Positions 8,870 through 17,945 of a stretch of DNA of 64,000 nucleotides are shown here, one piece after another. Numbering within the stretch: the first letter of the stretch is position 1; each line of letters opens with the position of its first letter. The notes below the pieces were generated by a model. The model was not told the origin of the DNA. It saw nothing but the letters and a program-made list of their open reading frames with translations, and searched no databases. Origin of the DNA: an uncultured Gammaproteobacteria bacterium (GTDB lineage: Bacteria > Patescibacteriota > Patescibacteriia > Buchananbacterales > UBA6539); assembly GCA_964540635.1 (NCBI GenBank), contig CAZINP010000004.1, positions 55,306-119,305 of the forward strand, read 5' to 3'. Made by a program: the position numbers and the translations under genes.

Positions 8870-9571
8870 ATGAAACAAGAAGTAGCTCAAAAGATTTTAG
8901 CTGAATCAAAAAATAATTATGATTTAATCGCCAAAGCTTGGGATCAGACCAGAAAAAACGTCTGGCCGGAGATGAATGATTTTAAATTTTTTTTAAAGCC
9001 GGGAGACGCAATTCTTGATGCCGGCTGCGGCAACGGACGATTAGTTCAAGCGCTGGAAGGCTTTGGTGTGAAGTATCTTGGAATAGATAATAGCTCAGAA
9101 TTAATCGCCTTGGCTAAAAGTAAATTTGGCAATTATGATTTTTTGGTCGGCGATTTTTTAAAAACCGATTTGGCCGACGCTTCTTTTGATGCGATTTTTT
9201 GTTTGGCCGCTTTTCACCATATTCCGTCAATAGAAAAGCGCAATCAAGCAATAAGTGAATTTAAGCGCCTTTTGAAGCCGGGCGGATACTTATTGATGTT
9301 AAATTGGCATTATTCAAGCCCCGGTTTTATTAAGCTTTTTCTTAAATATACTTTATCAAAGATTTTAGGAAAAAGCGAATTGGATTTTGGCGATATTTTT
9401 GTCTCCTGGAAAAAGAATGAAATTAGCAGATATGTTCATTTATTTACCAAGCGAAGTATTGAAAAAATTTTAAAAAATAATAATTTTAAAGTTGAAAAAA
9501 ATTTCATCTCAAACCCCAGTCCCAGGGGTTATAAAAATATTGTTACTGTTGCTAAAAAGGTCAATAGTTAG
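8870..9571 (+). CDS. Class I SAM-dependent methyltransferase
   Basis: SAM motif I ILDAGCGNGRL is present. The start is trimmed to the internal ATG at 8870, because the longer ORF overlaps the divergent elp3 start. Confidence 0.65.
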   Translation: MKQEVAQKILAESKNNYDLIAKAWDQTRKNVWPEMNDFKFFLKPGDAILDAGCGNGRLVQALEGFGVKYLGIDNSSELIALAKSKFGNYDFLVGDFLKTDLADASFDAIFCLAAFHHIPSIEKRNQAISEFKRLLKPGGYLLMLNWHYSSPGFIKLFLKYTLSKILGKSELDFGDIFVSWKKNEISRYVHLFTKRSIEKILKNNNFKVEKNFISNPSPRGYKNIVTVAKKVNS

Positions 9572-9631
9572 AGTTGCTTTTAGACTCTTTTTTTGTTATA
9601 ATTTTTAGGTAAATTAATAAGATATATTACT

Positions 9632-10789
9632 ATGAAAAGCTTAAAAAAGAAAGCCTTGATAATTTGTTTGGGGCTATTTTTATTTAGTTTGCCTTTGGCG
9701 CTTTTGGCTGCTGAAGACAATGTGGTGGTCAAACCCGAAGAAATTGTCGCCGGTAATTTTATTCGTTTTGGTGACGTGGTTGAAATTAAGGGGGCAATCA
9801 ATGGTGATGTGATAGTCGGCGGTAATACGATTTTAATTTCCGGACCAGTGGCCGGTGATGTTATTGCCATTGGCAGAACGGTAAAAATTTCCGGACCGGT
9901 TATGGGTAGCATCAGAGTTGCAGCCGGCTTGCTTGAAGTTTCCGGACCGGTTGATAGAAATGTTTGGACGGTGGCCAATGAATTTATTTTAACCAAAGAT
10001 GCCAAAGTAAATTGGGAGGTAAATGCCACCGCACCAAAAATTAAGATTGATTGCCCGGTTGATGGCAATGTTTGGCTGTCTTCTGCTCAAATAGATTTAT
10101 CCGGCAAGTTTTCAAAAAATGTTCAGGCCGCACTAGAGGATAACGGCAAAATCAATTTGCAAGAAGGATTGTCGGTATCTGGTAATTTTGTTTATTTTGC
10201 CGATAAAGACGATCAGCTTTGGCGCGCCGAAAAAACGGAAGTTTCGGGTGAATTGAAGCGTGAGAACAGATCATCTTCTTCGTCAAATAATATGGCTATG
10301 GTTTTTGGTCCGGTTTTTATGTTTATGCATTTGGTTTCTTTGTTTAGCCTATTGGTGGTTGGCTTGGTTTTGATTAGTCTGTTTCCTAAAATGGTTTTGC
10401 AAGTTGGCGACAAAATGTTGGCTGCGCCAAAAGAGTCTATTGGCTGGGGGATAATCTATTTTATTGTCGCCCCTGTTTTAATTTTGATTTTAATGATTAC
10501 GATAATCGGATTTCCCTTGGCTTTGATTTTAATCCCGCTTTATTTGATATTAATTTATATCAGTAAAATTATTGCCGGCTTTGTTGTTGGCCTTTATATT
10601 CTTGATTATTTTTCCAAAGAAAAAAAATTCAAAGGAAATTTAATTTGGCCAATGGCTCTTGGCTTGGGGGTGGTTGTCATTTTTACCTCACTGCCAATTT
10701 TGGGTTTTATCATTAAGCTTGGTTTGATTTGGTGGGCCCTTGGCGCCTTAATTAAATCGCAAAAAAATATTTTGTATGAATGGAAATAA
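9632..10789 (+). CDS. Membrane protein with an N-terminal signal peptide, a beta-helix-like repeat ectodomain (ISGPVxGDV repeats, bactofilin/DUF4097-like) and a C-terminal polytopic domain
   Basis: The ISGPVAGDVI / ISGPVMGSI / VSGPVDRNV motif repeats. Several hydrophobic helices lie in the last 160 aa. Confidence 0.4.
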   Translation: MKSLKKKALIICLGLFLFSLPLALLAAEDNVVVKPEEIVAGNFIRFGDVVEIKGAINGDVIVGGNTILISGPVAGDVIAIGRTVKISGPVMGSIRVAAGLLEVSGPVDRNVWTVANEFILTKDAKVNWEVNATAPKIKIDCPVDGNVWLSSAQIDLSGKFSKNVQAALEDNGKINLQEGLSVSGNFVYFADKDDQLWRAEKTEVSGELKRENRSSSSSNNMAMVFGPVFMFMHLVSLFSLLVVGLVLISLFPKMVLQVGDKMLAAPKESIGWGIIYFIVAPVLILILMITIIGFPLALILIPLYLILIYISKIIAGFVVGLYILDYFSKEKKFKGNLIWPMALGLGVVVIFTSLPILGFIIKLGLIWWALGALIKSQKNILYEWK

Positions 10790-12122
10790 TATGATCAACG
10801 AAAAAATATTCAAGTCTTATGATATCCGCGGGGTTTATCCTCAAGAACTAAACGAGCAGGCCGCTTACGCCATTGGTCGCGCCTTTGCCAGAAAAGCCCA
10901 GGCTAAAGCCATTGTTGTCGGCAGCGATATGCGTTTATCCGGCCCGCAGCTTAAAGCGGAATTAATCAAGGGAATTATTGATGAAGGCGTTGATGTGATT
11001 GATATCGGTTTGGTTACCATTGATGCCGTTTATTTTTGCGTCGGTATTTTAAAGCACGAAGCCGGCATTATGATTACGGCTTCGCACAACCCAAAAGAAT
11101 ATAACGGTTTTAAAATGGCGCTAAAAGACATGAAATGGGTTCGCGGCGAAGAATTAAAAGACGATGTTTTTTCTTTGCCCGAGGCTACGGCCGAAACTAA
11201 AGGAAAAGTAATTAAAAAAGATATTTTGCCGGATTATATCAAACATATTTTAAGTTTTTGTGATTTGAAAAAAATCAAGAATAAAAAAGTGGTGGTCGAT
11301 GCCGGTAACGGCATGGCGGGATTGATCACGCCGCTTTTGCAAAAACATTTGCCAATTGAAATTGTTCCACTTAATTTTGAGTTGGACGGCAATTTTCCGG
11401 CCCACCCTTCAAACCCTTTGATGCCCGAAAGTCAGGTTCAGGTTACCAGGGCAGTGGTTGAGAATCAAGCTGATTTTGGCGTGATTTTTGACGGCGATAC
11501 CGATCGTTTGTTTTTTGTTGATGAAAAAGGAAATTTTATCAGGGCTGATTATACTTTGTTGATTTTGGCTCGTGAATTTTTGAATCGCCAGCCGGGCGTG
11601 GGTATTGTTTATAATGCCATTTGTTCAAAAATCGTGCCGGAAAAAATCAAAGAATGGGGTGGAGTAGCCCATCGCTGTAAGGTTGGCTTTGTCAATGTCT
11701 CTGGCAAGGTTAGAGAAACAAATTCAGCCATGGGCGGTGAACTCTCGGCTCATTATTGTTTTAAAGATAATGCTTATTCTGACTCTGGCTTTATTGCTTT
11801 CGTTTTATTGCTTCAATTATTGTCTGAAATTGATAAACCGCTTTCAGCCGTTGTTTCTGATTTTCAAATTTACGCTAAATCAGATGAGATCAATATTGAG
11901 GTTTCTGATTGGCGCGCGGTGATTGAAGAGATTAAAGTAAAATATCAAGACGGCAAACAAGATGAGCTGGATGGTTTGACGGTGGAATATGAAGATTGGT
12001 GGTTTAATGTTCGGCCGTCAAATACCGAACCGTTACTTAGAATAACCATTGAAGCGAATACGGAACAATTGGCTAAGGATAATCTGAGGATTATTCTTGA
12101 TTTTATTAATAAAATAAAATAA
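10776..12122 (+). CDS. Phosphomannomutase / phosphoglucomutase
   Basis: The active-site serine motif TASHNPKEYNGFK is present. The start may be the ATG at 10791. Confidence 0.85.
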   Translation: MNGNNMINEKIFKSYDIRGVYPQELNEQAAYAIGRAFARKAQAKAIVVGSDMRLSGPQLKAELIKGIIDEGVDVIDIGLVTIDAVYFCVGILKHEAGIMITASHNPKEYNGFKMALKDMKWVRGEELKDDVFSLPEATAETKGKVIKKDILPDYIKHILSFCDLKKIKNKKVVVDAGNGMAGLITPLLQKHLPIEIVPLNFELDGNFPAHPSNPLMPESQVQVTRAVVENQADFGVIFDGDTDRLFFVDEKGNFIRADYTLLILAREFLNRQPGVGIVYNAICSKIVPEKIKEWGGVAHRCKVGFVNVSGKVRETNSAMGGELSAHYCFKDNAYSDSGFIAFVLLLQLLSEIDKPLSAVVSDFQIYAKSDEINIEVSDWRAVIEEIKVKYQDGKQDELDGLTVEYEDWWFNVRPSNTEPLLRITIEANTEQLAKDNLRIILDFINKIK

Positions 12123-12137
12123 ATATTTATTAAGGCT

Positions 12138-12407
12138 ATGGCAAATACTTTTGAAATTCAAGACGTTTTTCATATTTTTAGTATCGGATCAGTCATTTCC
12201 GGGATAGTGGTGGAGGGTGAGGTTAGGGTTGGTGCGACAGTCGCCATTGAGGATAAAAATTTTTCCGTCAATAAAATGGAAGTATTTCATAAACAAGTTG
12301 ATAGTGTGTCCGCACCAAATCCTGTAGCGATTTTTTTGGAAGGCGACAAGGTGGATAAAGATTTTTTTAAACGTCAAAAAGGACAGATTTTAACTTTTTC
12401 TGATTAG
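12138..12407 (+). CDS. Small hypothetical protein (89 aa), possibly an EF-Tu domain-2-like beta barrel
   Basis: Only the ORF and its compact context support this call. A G-rich beta-strand pattern VISGIVVEGEVRVGATV is seen. Confidence 0.3.
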   Translation: MANTFEIQDVFHIFSIGSVISGIVVEGEVRVGATVAIEDKNFSVNKMEVFHKQVDSVSAPNPVAIFLEGDKVDKDFFKRQKGQILTFSD

Positions 12408-12413
12408 CAAACT

Positions 12414-13217
12414 ATGATTGGCATTTTTGATTCCGGCTTGGGCGGTTTGACGGTTCTAAAAGAGGTATCGTTGCTGTTGCCTGAGTATGAAATAATTTAT
12501 TTGGGTGATACTGCCAAAACACCTTACGGTAATCGCTCGCAAGAGTTGATTTATAATTTTAGCCGTCAGGCCATTGAACATCTTTTCAAGCAAGGTTGTG
12601 AATTGGTAATTATTGCCTGCAATACCGCTTCGGCCGAAGCCCTGAAAAAAATTCAACAAGAATGGTTGCCAAAAAATTATTCAGACAAAAGAGTCCTTGG
12701 AATAATCAGGCCGGTAGCCGAAGAGGCGGTTAAGTTTTCAAAGAATAAAAGAATCGGTTTGGTTGGCACCAAAGCGACGGTTTTGTCCGGTGCTTTTGAA
12801 AGAGAGTTGAAGGCGCAAGATAGTGAGGTAAAAGTTTTTAGCGCTGCTTGCCCGCTTTTGGTGCCATTGATTGAAGAAGGAATGAATAAACGACCGGAGA
12901 CTGCCAAGATATTAAGGAATTATGTTCGCCCGCTCAAAGCTCAAAAAATAGACACTTTAATTCTTGGTTGCACTCATTATCCATTTTTGTTTAAAATATT
13001 TGTTTCGGCCGTTGGAAAAAATATTAAAGTTTTAGACTCGGGTAAAATTATTGCAAAGAAATTGCAAGAGTATTTAAACAACCACCCAGAAATTGAAAAG
13101 AAAATCAAGCAGGGTAAATCTATTCGTTTTTTGGTTACGGATTTAAATGAGAACTTTAAGAAGCAAGCGCAAAACTTTTTAGGCCACGAAATTGAGTTGG
13201 AAAAAATTGAATTATAA
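12414..13217 (+). CDS. murI: Glutamate racemase
   Basis: The motifs IFDSGLGGLTV and IIACNTAS match MurI. Confidence 0.85.
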   Translation: MIGIFDSGLGGLTVLKEVSLLLPEYEIIYLGDTAKTPYGNRSQELIYNFSRQAIEHLFKQGCELVIIACNTASAEALKKIQQEWLPKNYSDKRVLGIIRPVAEEAVKFSKNKRIGLVGTKATVLSGAFERELKAQDSEVKVFSAACPLLVPLIEEGMNKRPETAKILRNYVRPLKAQKIDTLILGCTHYPFLFKIFVSAVGKNIKVLDSGKIIAKKLQEYLNNHPEIEKKIKQGKSIRFLVTDLNENFKKQAQNFLGHEIELEKIEL

Positions 13218-13228
13218 ATTTTAAAAAA

Positions 13229-13807
13229 TTGAAAAGAATAAATAGAAAAATTATAATTTCAGGACGCGAAGTTGATTGTTTGATTAGGACCGGACGACAA
13301 TACAAAAATTTAAACCTTAGGGTGGATGTTGGCGGCAAGCTGAATATCAGCCGGCCGCGTTTTTTGTCGGATTTCTATTTAAACAAATATTTGCTTGAAA
13401 AGTCGGGCTGGATTTTTACTAAGATTGATTATTTTAAATCGTTGTCTTTGCCTAGTTTGGAAGAAAGAAAAAAAAATTATTTAAAATCAAAAGATTTGGC
13501 CGGCGTTTTTGTTTTAAGGAAGTTGGATTATTTTAACCAAATTTACGGTTTTAAGTACAACCAAGTGAGAATAAAGAATCAAAGAAATTGTTGGGGTAGC
13601 TGCTCGGGCAAAAAGAATTTGAATTTTAATTGGAAGGTGATAAATTTGCCTGAGCCTTTGGTTGATTTGATTGTTGTTCATGAGCTTTGCCATTTGGCGG
13701 AAATGAATCACTCAAATAATTTTTGGCGATTGGTTGAAAAGGCCATTCCTGACTATAAAAAAAGACGCCAAGAGTTAAAAAAGATAAATCATTTAACTTT
13801 AGGGTGA
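13229..13807 (+). CDS. YgjP/DUF45-family metal-dependent hydrolase
   Basis: The motif HELCHLAEMNHSNNFW (HExxH...NHS) matches this family. Confidence 0.7.
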   Translation: MKRINRKIIISGREVDCLIRTGRQYKNLNLRVDVGGKLNISRPRFLSDFYLNKYLLEKSGWIFTKIDYFKSLSLPSLEERKKNYLKSKDLAGVFVLRKLDYFNQIYGFKYNQVRIKNQRNCWGSCSGKKNLNFNWKVINLPEPLVDLIVVHELCHLAEMNHSNNFWRLVEKAIPDYKKRRQELKKINHLTLG

Positions 13808-13810
13808 AAT

Positions 13811-13832
13811 AAAAAAAGCCCGAATTCGGGCT
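13811..13832 (-). terminator. Terminator for the minus-strand small gene
   Basis: AGCCCGAATTCGGGCT is followed by T7 on the minus strand. Confidence 0.5.
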
Positions 13833-14034
13833 ATAGGCCGATGGCGTCTTTGAGCCAAATGGCACCCTGCCAGAGAATAGCTCCGGCAATGAGGATGGCC
13901 GCGCCAACAATGCAAAGAGCGCAAATGCCGGAGGTTTCTTTCAGTTTTTTGCAATCAAAACAAAGATCGCTTTCTTCTTTTTCTTGCGGCGTCAGTGGTT
14001 CGCCGCAATTTTCGCACCGGAATTCTTCTTGCAT
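13831..14034 (-). CDS. Small zinc-ribbon protein with a C-terminal TM helix (67 aa)
   Basis: Motifs CENCG...CFDCKK are present. The RBS GGAGGG lies 7 nt upstream. An upstream TTGACA promoter and a downstream terminator are also present. Confidence 0.5.
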   Translation of the reverse strand: MQEEFRCENCGEPLTPQEKEESDLCFDCKKLKETSGICALCIVGAAILIAGAILWQGAIWLKDAIGL

Positions 14035-14102
14035 ATCTTACCCTCCATGGTATGGTTGCAATTTCTAATATAAATCTAAAGGAAAGACTATCTTTTGTCA
14101 AA

Positions 14103-14137
14103 TAAAAAAGACCCGGTTTGATCCGGGTCTTTTTTTA
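14103..14137. terminator. Bidirectional intrinsic terminator after trpS
   Basis: The hairpin AGACCCGGtttgaTCCGGGTCT is flanked by A- and T-runs. Confidence 0.7.
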
Positions 14138-15103
14138 TATCAATCCAATTTTTTCTTTGACTTCTTTTAGGGTTTTATCGGCTGCTTTGGCTGCTTTTTT
14201 TGCGCCGTCTTCTAAAACTTTTTTCGCTTTGGCGTCAGTAATTTTTTTCTTTCTTTCTCGGAAGGCGGCAAAATAATCGGCGATATCTTGAGTAAGTTGA
14301 TTTTTTAACTCTGAATATTTTAGTTCGTGATTTTGTTGAGCGGTTAACATTTGATCGTAAATTGTTTTTTTGGAAAATATTTTTATCAGGTCTAAAAGAT
14401 TTTTTGCTCCTTGGGACTTGCCATCACCCGTGTCGGTTACGGCTTTGGCAAGTTTGGCTTTTATTGTTTCCGGCTCATCGTCAATATAGATGCAGTGGTT
14501 ATCGCCCAAAGATTTTGACATTTTCTTTTCCGGTAAAAGCAGGCTCATGACTTTTGGCGTTGGCGTGAAAAGCGGTTGTGGTTCCGGAAAGGTTTGGCCA
14601 AACTTGTTGTTAAAAAATCCGGCCGCATCGCGCGCCAATTCTACATGTTGGGTTTGGTCTTGGCCAACCGGAATTTTTGTTGATTTATACATCAAAATAT
14701 CAGCGGCCATTAAAATCGGATAGAACAGCAATCCGGCATTTACTTTGTCATTTTCCCTGTCGCTTGATTTATCTTTATACTGAGTCATTCTGAATAAATA
14801 AGAAGCGGGAATAACGTTTTGCAAAATAATGGCTAATTCCGAATGTTGAGGCATATGTGATTGAGCAAAGACGGTGCATTTTTTGGGATCAAGTCCGGCC
14901 GCCAAATAATCTTTGGTCAAATCAATAATTTGTTTTTGTTTTTCGGTTGGATCAAATTGTTCATTTAAAGAATGCAAATCGGCAATAAAAAAATAGCAAT
15001 CATAATTGTCTTGCAATTTTAAGAAATTGCTCAACGAGCCGAGGTAATTGCCGATATGGATTTTTCCGGTGGGGCGAATGCCCGATAAAATAATGTCTTT
15101 CAT
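14135..15103 (-). CDS. trpS: Tryptophanyl-tRNA synthetase
   Basis: The class I signature PTGKIHIGNY (HIGH) and KMSKS are present. It has a Lys-rich C-terminal tail. Confidence 0.9.
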   Translation of the reverse strand: MKDIILSGIRPTGKIHIGNYLGSLSNFLKLQDNYDCYFFIADLHSLNEQFDPTEKQKQIIDLTKDYLAAGLDPKKCTVFAQSHMPQHSELAIILQNVIPASYLFRMTQYKDKSSDRENDKVNAGLLFYPILMAADILMYKSTKIPVGQDQTQHVELARDAAGFFNNKFGQTFPEPQPLFTPTPKVMSLLLPEKKMSKSLGDNHCIYIDDEPETIKAKLAKAVTDTGDGKSQGAKNLLDLIKIFSKKTIYDQMLTAQQNHELKYSELKNQLTQDIADYFAAFRERKKKITDAKAKKVLEDGAKKAAKAADKTLKEVKEKIGLI

Positions 15104-15206
15104 ATTTTTAATTATATTATTTTATTGAATATCTGTCCATTTTTTATTAAAGAATTTGGAGGGGCTCAGGCCGTAGCCATTTTGCCCCTCCAAAGATTTT
15201 TTGCAA

Positions 15207-15404
15207 TCACTTTTTGCCGTAATTCAAGCAAGTTTGATTGCCGCAAACAAAGATCGTAATCGTTTTCATGCCTTGGCCAAAGCCGGCTGAAACCTGGATT
15301 TGTTTTTCGGTGCGCACACCCTGACAATGCAAGCAGCGCCCTGCCCTGATGACATGGATTGCCTGGCCCATGACGTCATTTTCTTTTTGGGTTTGTTCTG
15401 ACAT
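15207..15404 (-). CDS. Small four-Cys (CLHC...CGNQTC) zinc-ribbon-like protein, 65 aa, between the T-box leader and trpS
   Basis: AAGGAGA lies 7 nt before the ATG, immediately after the T-box terminator. The longer 93-aa ORF is rejected because its N-terminus overlaps the leader. Confidence 0.5.
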   Translation of the reverse strand: MSEQTQKENDVMGQAIHVIRAGRCLHCQGVRTEKQIQVSAGFGQGMKTITIFVCGNQTCLNYGKK

Positions 15405-15414
15405 TTCAAGTCTC

Positions 15415-15725
15415 CTTTGGCGGTTGATGTCACAAAAAAAGATCCCGTCCCCTAAACGCAAAAAATTGCGCTTAAAGGACGAGATCATTATCCCGCGGTA
15501 CCACCTTTATTGTCTTTTATTTTAGCTTAAGGCTAATAAAAAAAGACCGCTTTCAGGCGCTTTGAAACCAACACGCCTTATCCTTAGGTTACGGAGGAAG
15601 CCGGATTGACACTAACGCATCAATCATCATGTCCACTGAAGTCTTGACGTAGGTGGACGAAGCATACCCAACCCCCGAAATAATCGGGGATATGCTTCAA
15701 AGATTTTACAGTTTTTAAAGATAAA
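15415..15725 (-). promoter_or_regulatory. T-box riboswitch leader (tRNA-sensing antitermination), presumably Trp-specific
   Basis: The minus strand contains AAAGGUGGUACCGCGGGA, which matches the conserved T-box AGGGUGGNACCGCG. It is followed by the terminator hairpin GATCTCGTCC...GGACGGGATC plus U7 (15434-15486). Upstream stem-loops lie at 15600-15700. The downstream gene is an aaRS. Confidence 0.75.
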
Positions 15726-15728
15726 TAT

Positions 15729-15756
15729 ATTCTAGCAAAGTTGTAGAAAATGTCAA
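15729..15756 (-). promoter_or_regulatory. Sigma70-like promoter TTGACA-16-TAGAAT driving the T-box leader
   Basis: The minus strand reads TTGACAttttctacaactttgcTAGAAT. Confidence 0.6.
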
Positions 15757-15780
15757 ATAAAAAAAGGCAGGGAGGTTTGC

Positions 15781-17145
15781 TTAGGACAAATCTTTTACTG
15801 CCTCGTTAACCGCTTCCAGGTTTGCGGGAATGTTTTTGGGCTGATTGGAAAATTCATTGCCGGAGAGATGGTAGGCCACGCCCGGTTCAGTGAATTTCAA
15901 GTCGTTAGCCGTATTGATGGCCACAACGCAATCATCCTCTTTTATTATGCCTGCATTTCTGGCTTTCAGGGTGGCGGCTAAAATTACCCCGCCCTGGGTG
16001 CACAAGCCGGCACCGGCGCGATTAAACATGGCGCGGGTTTGGGCGATTTCGTCCTCTTCCACGTCAAAGCCGTAAATCTCAAACCCGTTGCGCAGGTAAT
16101 CAATGCGCGGTTTGGAAACCGGGTTTTGGATATTCATGGCCGAAGCCTGCGTCAAGCCGGGTTGGCCGGGTGAATAATCCGTAAAGCCCGAATTTATCCA
16201 GCGCACCACCGTGTTGGCGGTTTTGGTTTGCGCCAAAATCAGTTTGGGCAAACGATCAATTATGCCCAAATCTTTCAGCAACTTCCAGGCGCTCATTTGC
16301 GCCGCGACATTGCCGGCGTTGCCGACCGGGATGACCAGAAAGTCGGGAACCCCGTAAGCAAGGTTTTTGGCGATTTCCAGGCTGATTGTTTCCTGGCCAA
16401 CGATTCTCATGGCGTTTTTGGAATTAACCAGCACCATGTCATCGCGGCCTTGAGTGAACTGCTGGACGATTCTCATGCAGCCGTCAAAGCCGTCTTCGGC
16501 CTCAATGGCCAAAACCGTGGCGCCCGCATCCATGACTTGATACATTTGCGCCGGCGAGATTTTTTCGGCAGGAACCAGTACAATGCAAGACAGCCGATCG
16601 CGCACATAGGCGCAATAAAGCGCGGCTGAGGCCGAGGTGTCGCCGGTGGAGGCGCAAACCACATACTTGATGCCCAATTCCGGATTTTGCTTTTGCAAGC
16701 GCAAAGCATCGGCAATGGCAACAGGCATGCCTCGGTCCTTGAAACTGCCGGAAGGAGCGTAGCCCTCGTTTTTAATGAAAAGCCTATTTAGGCCGATTTT
16801 TTTGGCCAGCCATTCGGGAGTTACCCAAAGCGGTGTGTTGCCTTCGCCCAGGCTGACGCTTACTTGGTTATCAAGAAATCCGGGCAAGACCAAATCAGCC
16901 CAATTCCAAACGCCCGAATTTGTTTTTTTGGAATTAAAGGTGACAAAGAAGTTGTCTTTTAACCCAAGCTGACAACCAGCAATTTTTCGGGAAAAGTAGG
17001 ATCTCAAATAATCCAAATCCCTTTCCACCAAAAGCAGCTTGCCGCAATCCGGGCAAGTGTAATACGGCCGGTCTGGTGGCCAATTTTTGCCGCACCCAAT
17101 GCAGCGATAAAAAAAATGTAAAGAGCTCAAAATCTGACCCTCCAT
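15781..17145 (-). CDS. thrC: Threonine synthase (long form with N-terminal zinc ribbon)
   Basis: The PLP motif GSFKDRG is present. The N-terminus carries CxxC...CxxC. Confidence 0.8.
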   Translation of the reverse strand: MEGQILSSLHFFYRCIGCGKNWPPDRPYYTCPDCGKLLLVERDLDYLRSYFSRKIAGCQLGLKDNFFVTFNSKKTNSGVWNWADLVLPGFLDNQVSVSLGEGNTPLWVTPEWLAKKIGLNRLFIKNEGYAPSGSFKDRGMPVAIADALRLQKQNPELGIKYVVCASTGDTSASAALYCAYVRDRLSCIVLVPAEKISPAQMYQVMDAGATVLAIEAEDGFDGCMRIVQQFTQGRDDMVLVNSKNAMRIVGQETISLEIAKNLAYGVPDFLVIPVGNAGNVAAQMSAWKLLKDLGIIDRLPKLILAQTKTANTVVRWINSGFTDYSPGQPGLTQASAMNIQNPVSKPRIDYLRNGFEIYGFDVEEDEIAQTRAMFNRAGAGLCTQGGVILAATLKARNAGIIKEDDCVVAINTANDLKFTEPGVAYHLSGNEFSNQPKNIPANLEAVNEAVKDLS

Positions 17146-17211
17146 GGTTGTTGTTCAACCAGTTGATATTAAAATTTTTGCTTGGTTTTGTTAATTGTTT
17201 TAGTAATAAAA

Positions 17212-17245
17212 AAAACCGGAAGGAATCCGGTCAAGTTTTTTATCT
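17212..17245 (-). terminator. Intrinsic terminator after pdaD
   Basis: ACCGGAaggaaTCCGGT is followed by a U-run on the minus strand. Confidence 0.6.
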
Positions 17246-17253
17246 TGGTTTGC

Positions 17254-17814
17254 TTAGCGGTATTCGCAAAACACCGCGGCGGCAAAAACTGTTGTCCAAA
17301 GTCCGCGCTTGTTGCTTTCGGCGCTTTGGGTAATGTGTCTGGTCTGAACGATCAAGCCCGACTGCCGGTAAACATTTTCACGCTCTTTCCAGGCGGTATT
17401 GGCATCAAACTTGACACCAAGGGTTGTGGCCAACATCGTGGCGGCCAAGTCTTCGGCATGATCGCCGGCTTTCTTGTAAGTCTGGCCAAAGCTGTGGTGC
17501 TCGCTCAAATAGCCATACTGAATTTCGCGATCAGTCGGCACGGCCAAACCAATAGAAGCGGCGATGAGCCGATTGGGCTCATTGGTGGCTTGGCGCGCCA
17601 TAACGCAATGAACAATCTGGCCGGGCTCAAGCATTGCCGTGCCGGCTTTTTTGCCGATAATCTTGCATCGTGGCGCTAAGATGGAACTAACCATCACCAA
17701 ATTGCAGGCTTGGATGCCGCCCTTGCGAAGGGCCATCTCAAACGAGGCCAGTTCGTGCTCGTGGACGCCGACCCCTCTTACAAAACACATTTTGCAAGGA
17801 ACGAGTTTTGTCAT
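17254..17814 (-). CDS. pdaD: Pyruvoyl-dependent arginine decarboxylase
   Basis: SGVGVHEHEL, LVMVSSILAP (Ser-Ser self-cleavage site) and overall similarity support PdaD/AaxB. Confidence 0.7.
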   Translation of the reverse strand: MTKLVPCKMCFVRGVGVHEHELASFEMALRKGGIQACNLVMVSSILAPRCKIIGKKAGTAMLEPGQIVHCVMARQATNEPNRLIAASIGLAVPTDREIQYGYLSEHHSFGQTYKKAGDHAEDLAATMLATTLGVKFDANTAWKERENVYRQSGLIVQTRHITQSAESNKRGLWTTVFAAAVFCEYR

Positions 17815-17905
17815 TTCTTTCCCTTTCCGGGTTTTGGGTTGCGGTTACAGAAAAAATGAAAAAGCAAAATTTATTATTGAATAAATTTTAAAATCTGTCA
17901 ATATT

Positions 17906-17938
17906 AAAAACTCCCCCGACTTGGCGGGGGAGTTTTTG
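17906..17938. terminator. Bidirectional terminator after ppdK
   Basis: AACTCCCCCGacttgGCGGGGGAGTT has an A-run and a T-run. Confidence 0.7.
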
Positions 17939-17945
17939 AAGCTTT

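Noticed and set aside
15207-15488. 93-aa version of the small minus-strand ORF
   Set aside because: The N-terminal 28 codons overlap the T-box terminator and antiterminator. The internal ATG at 15402-15404 has a perfect RBS, so it was trimmed to 65 aa.
15540-15720. tmRNA, RNase P or SRP RNA on the minus strand
   Set aside because: Hairpins are present, but there is no tRNA-like 3' end and there are no P4 or domain-IV signatures. The region is explained instead by T-box Stem I and the conserved T-box sequence.
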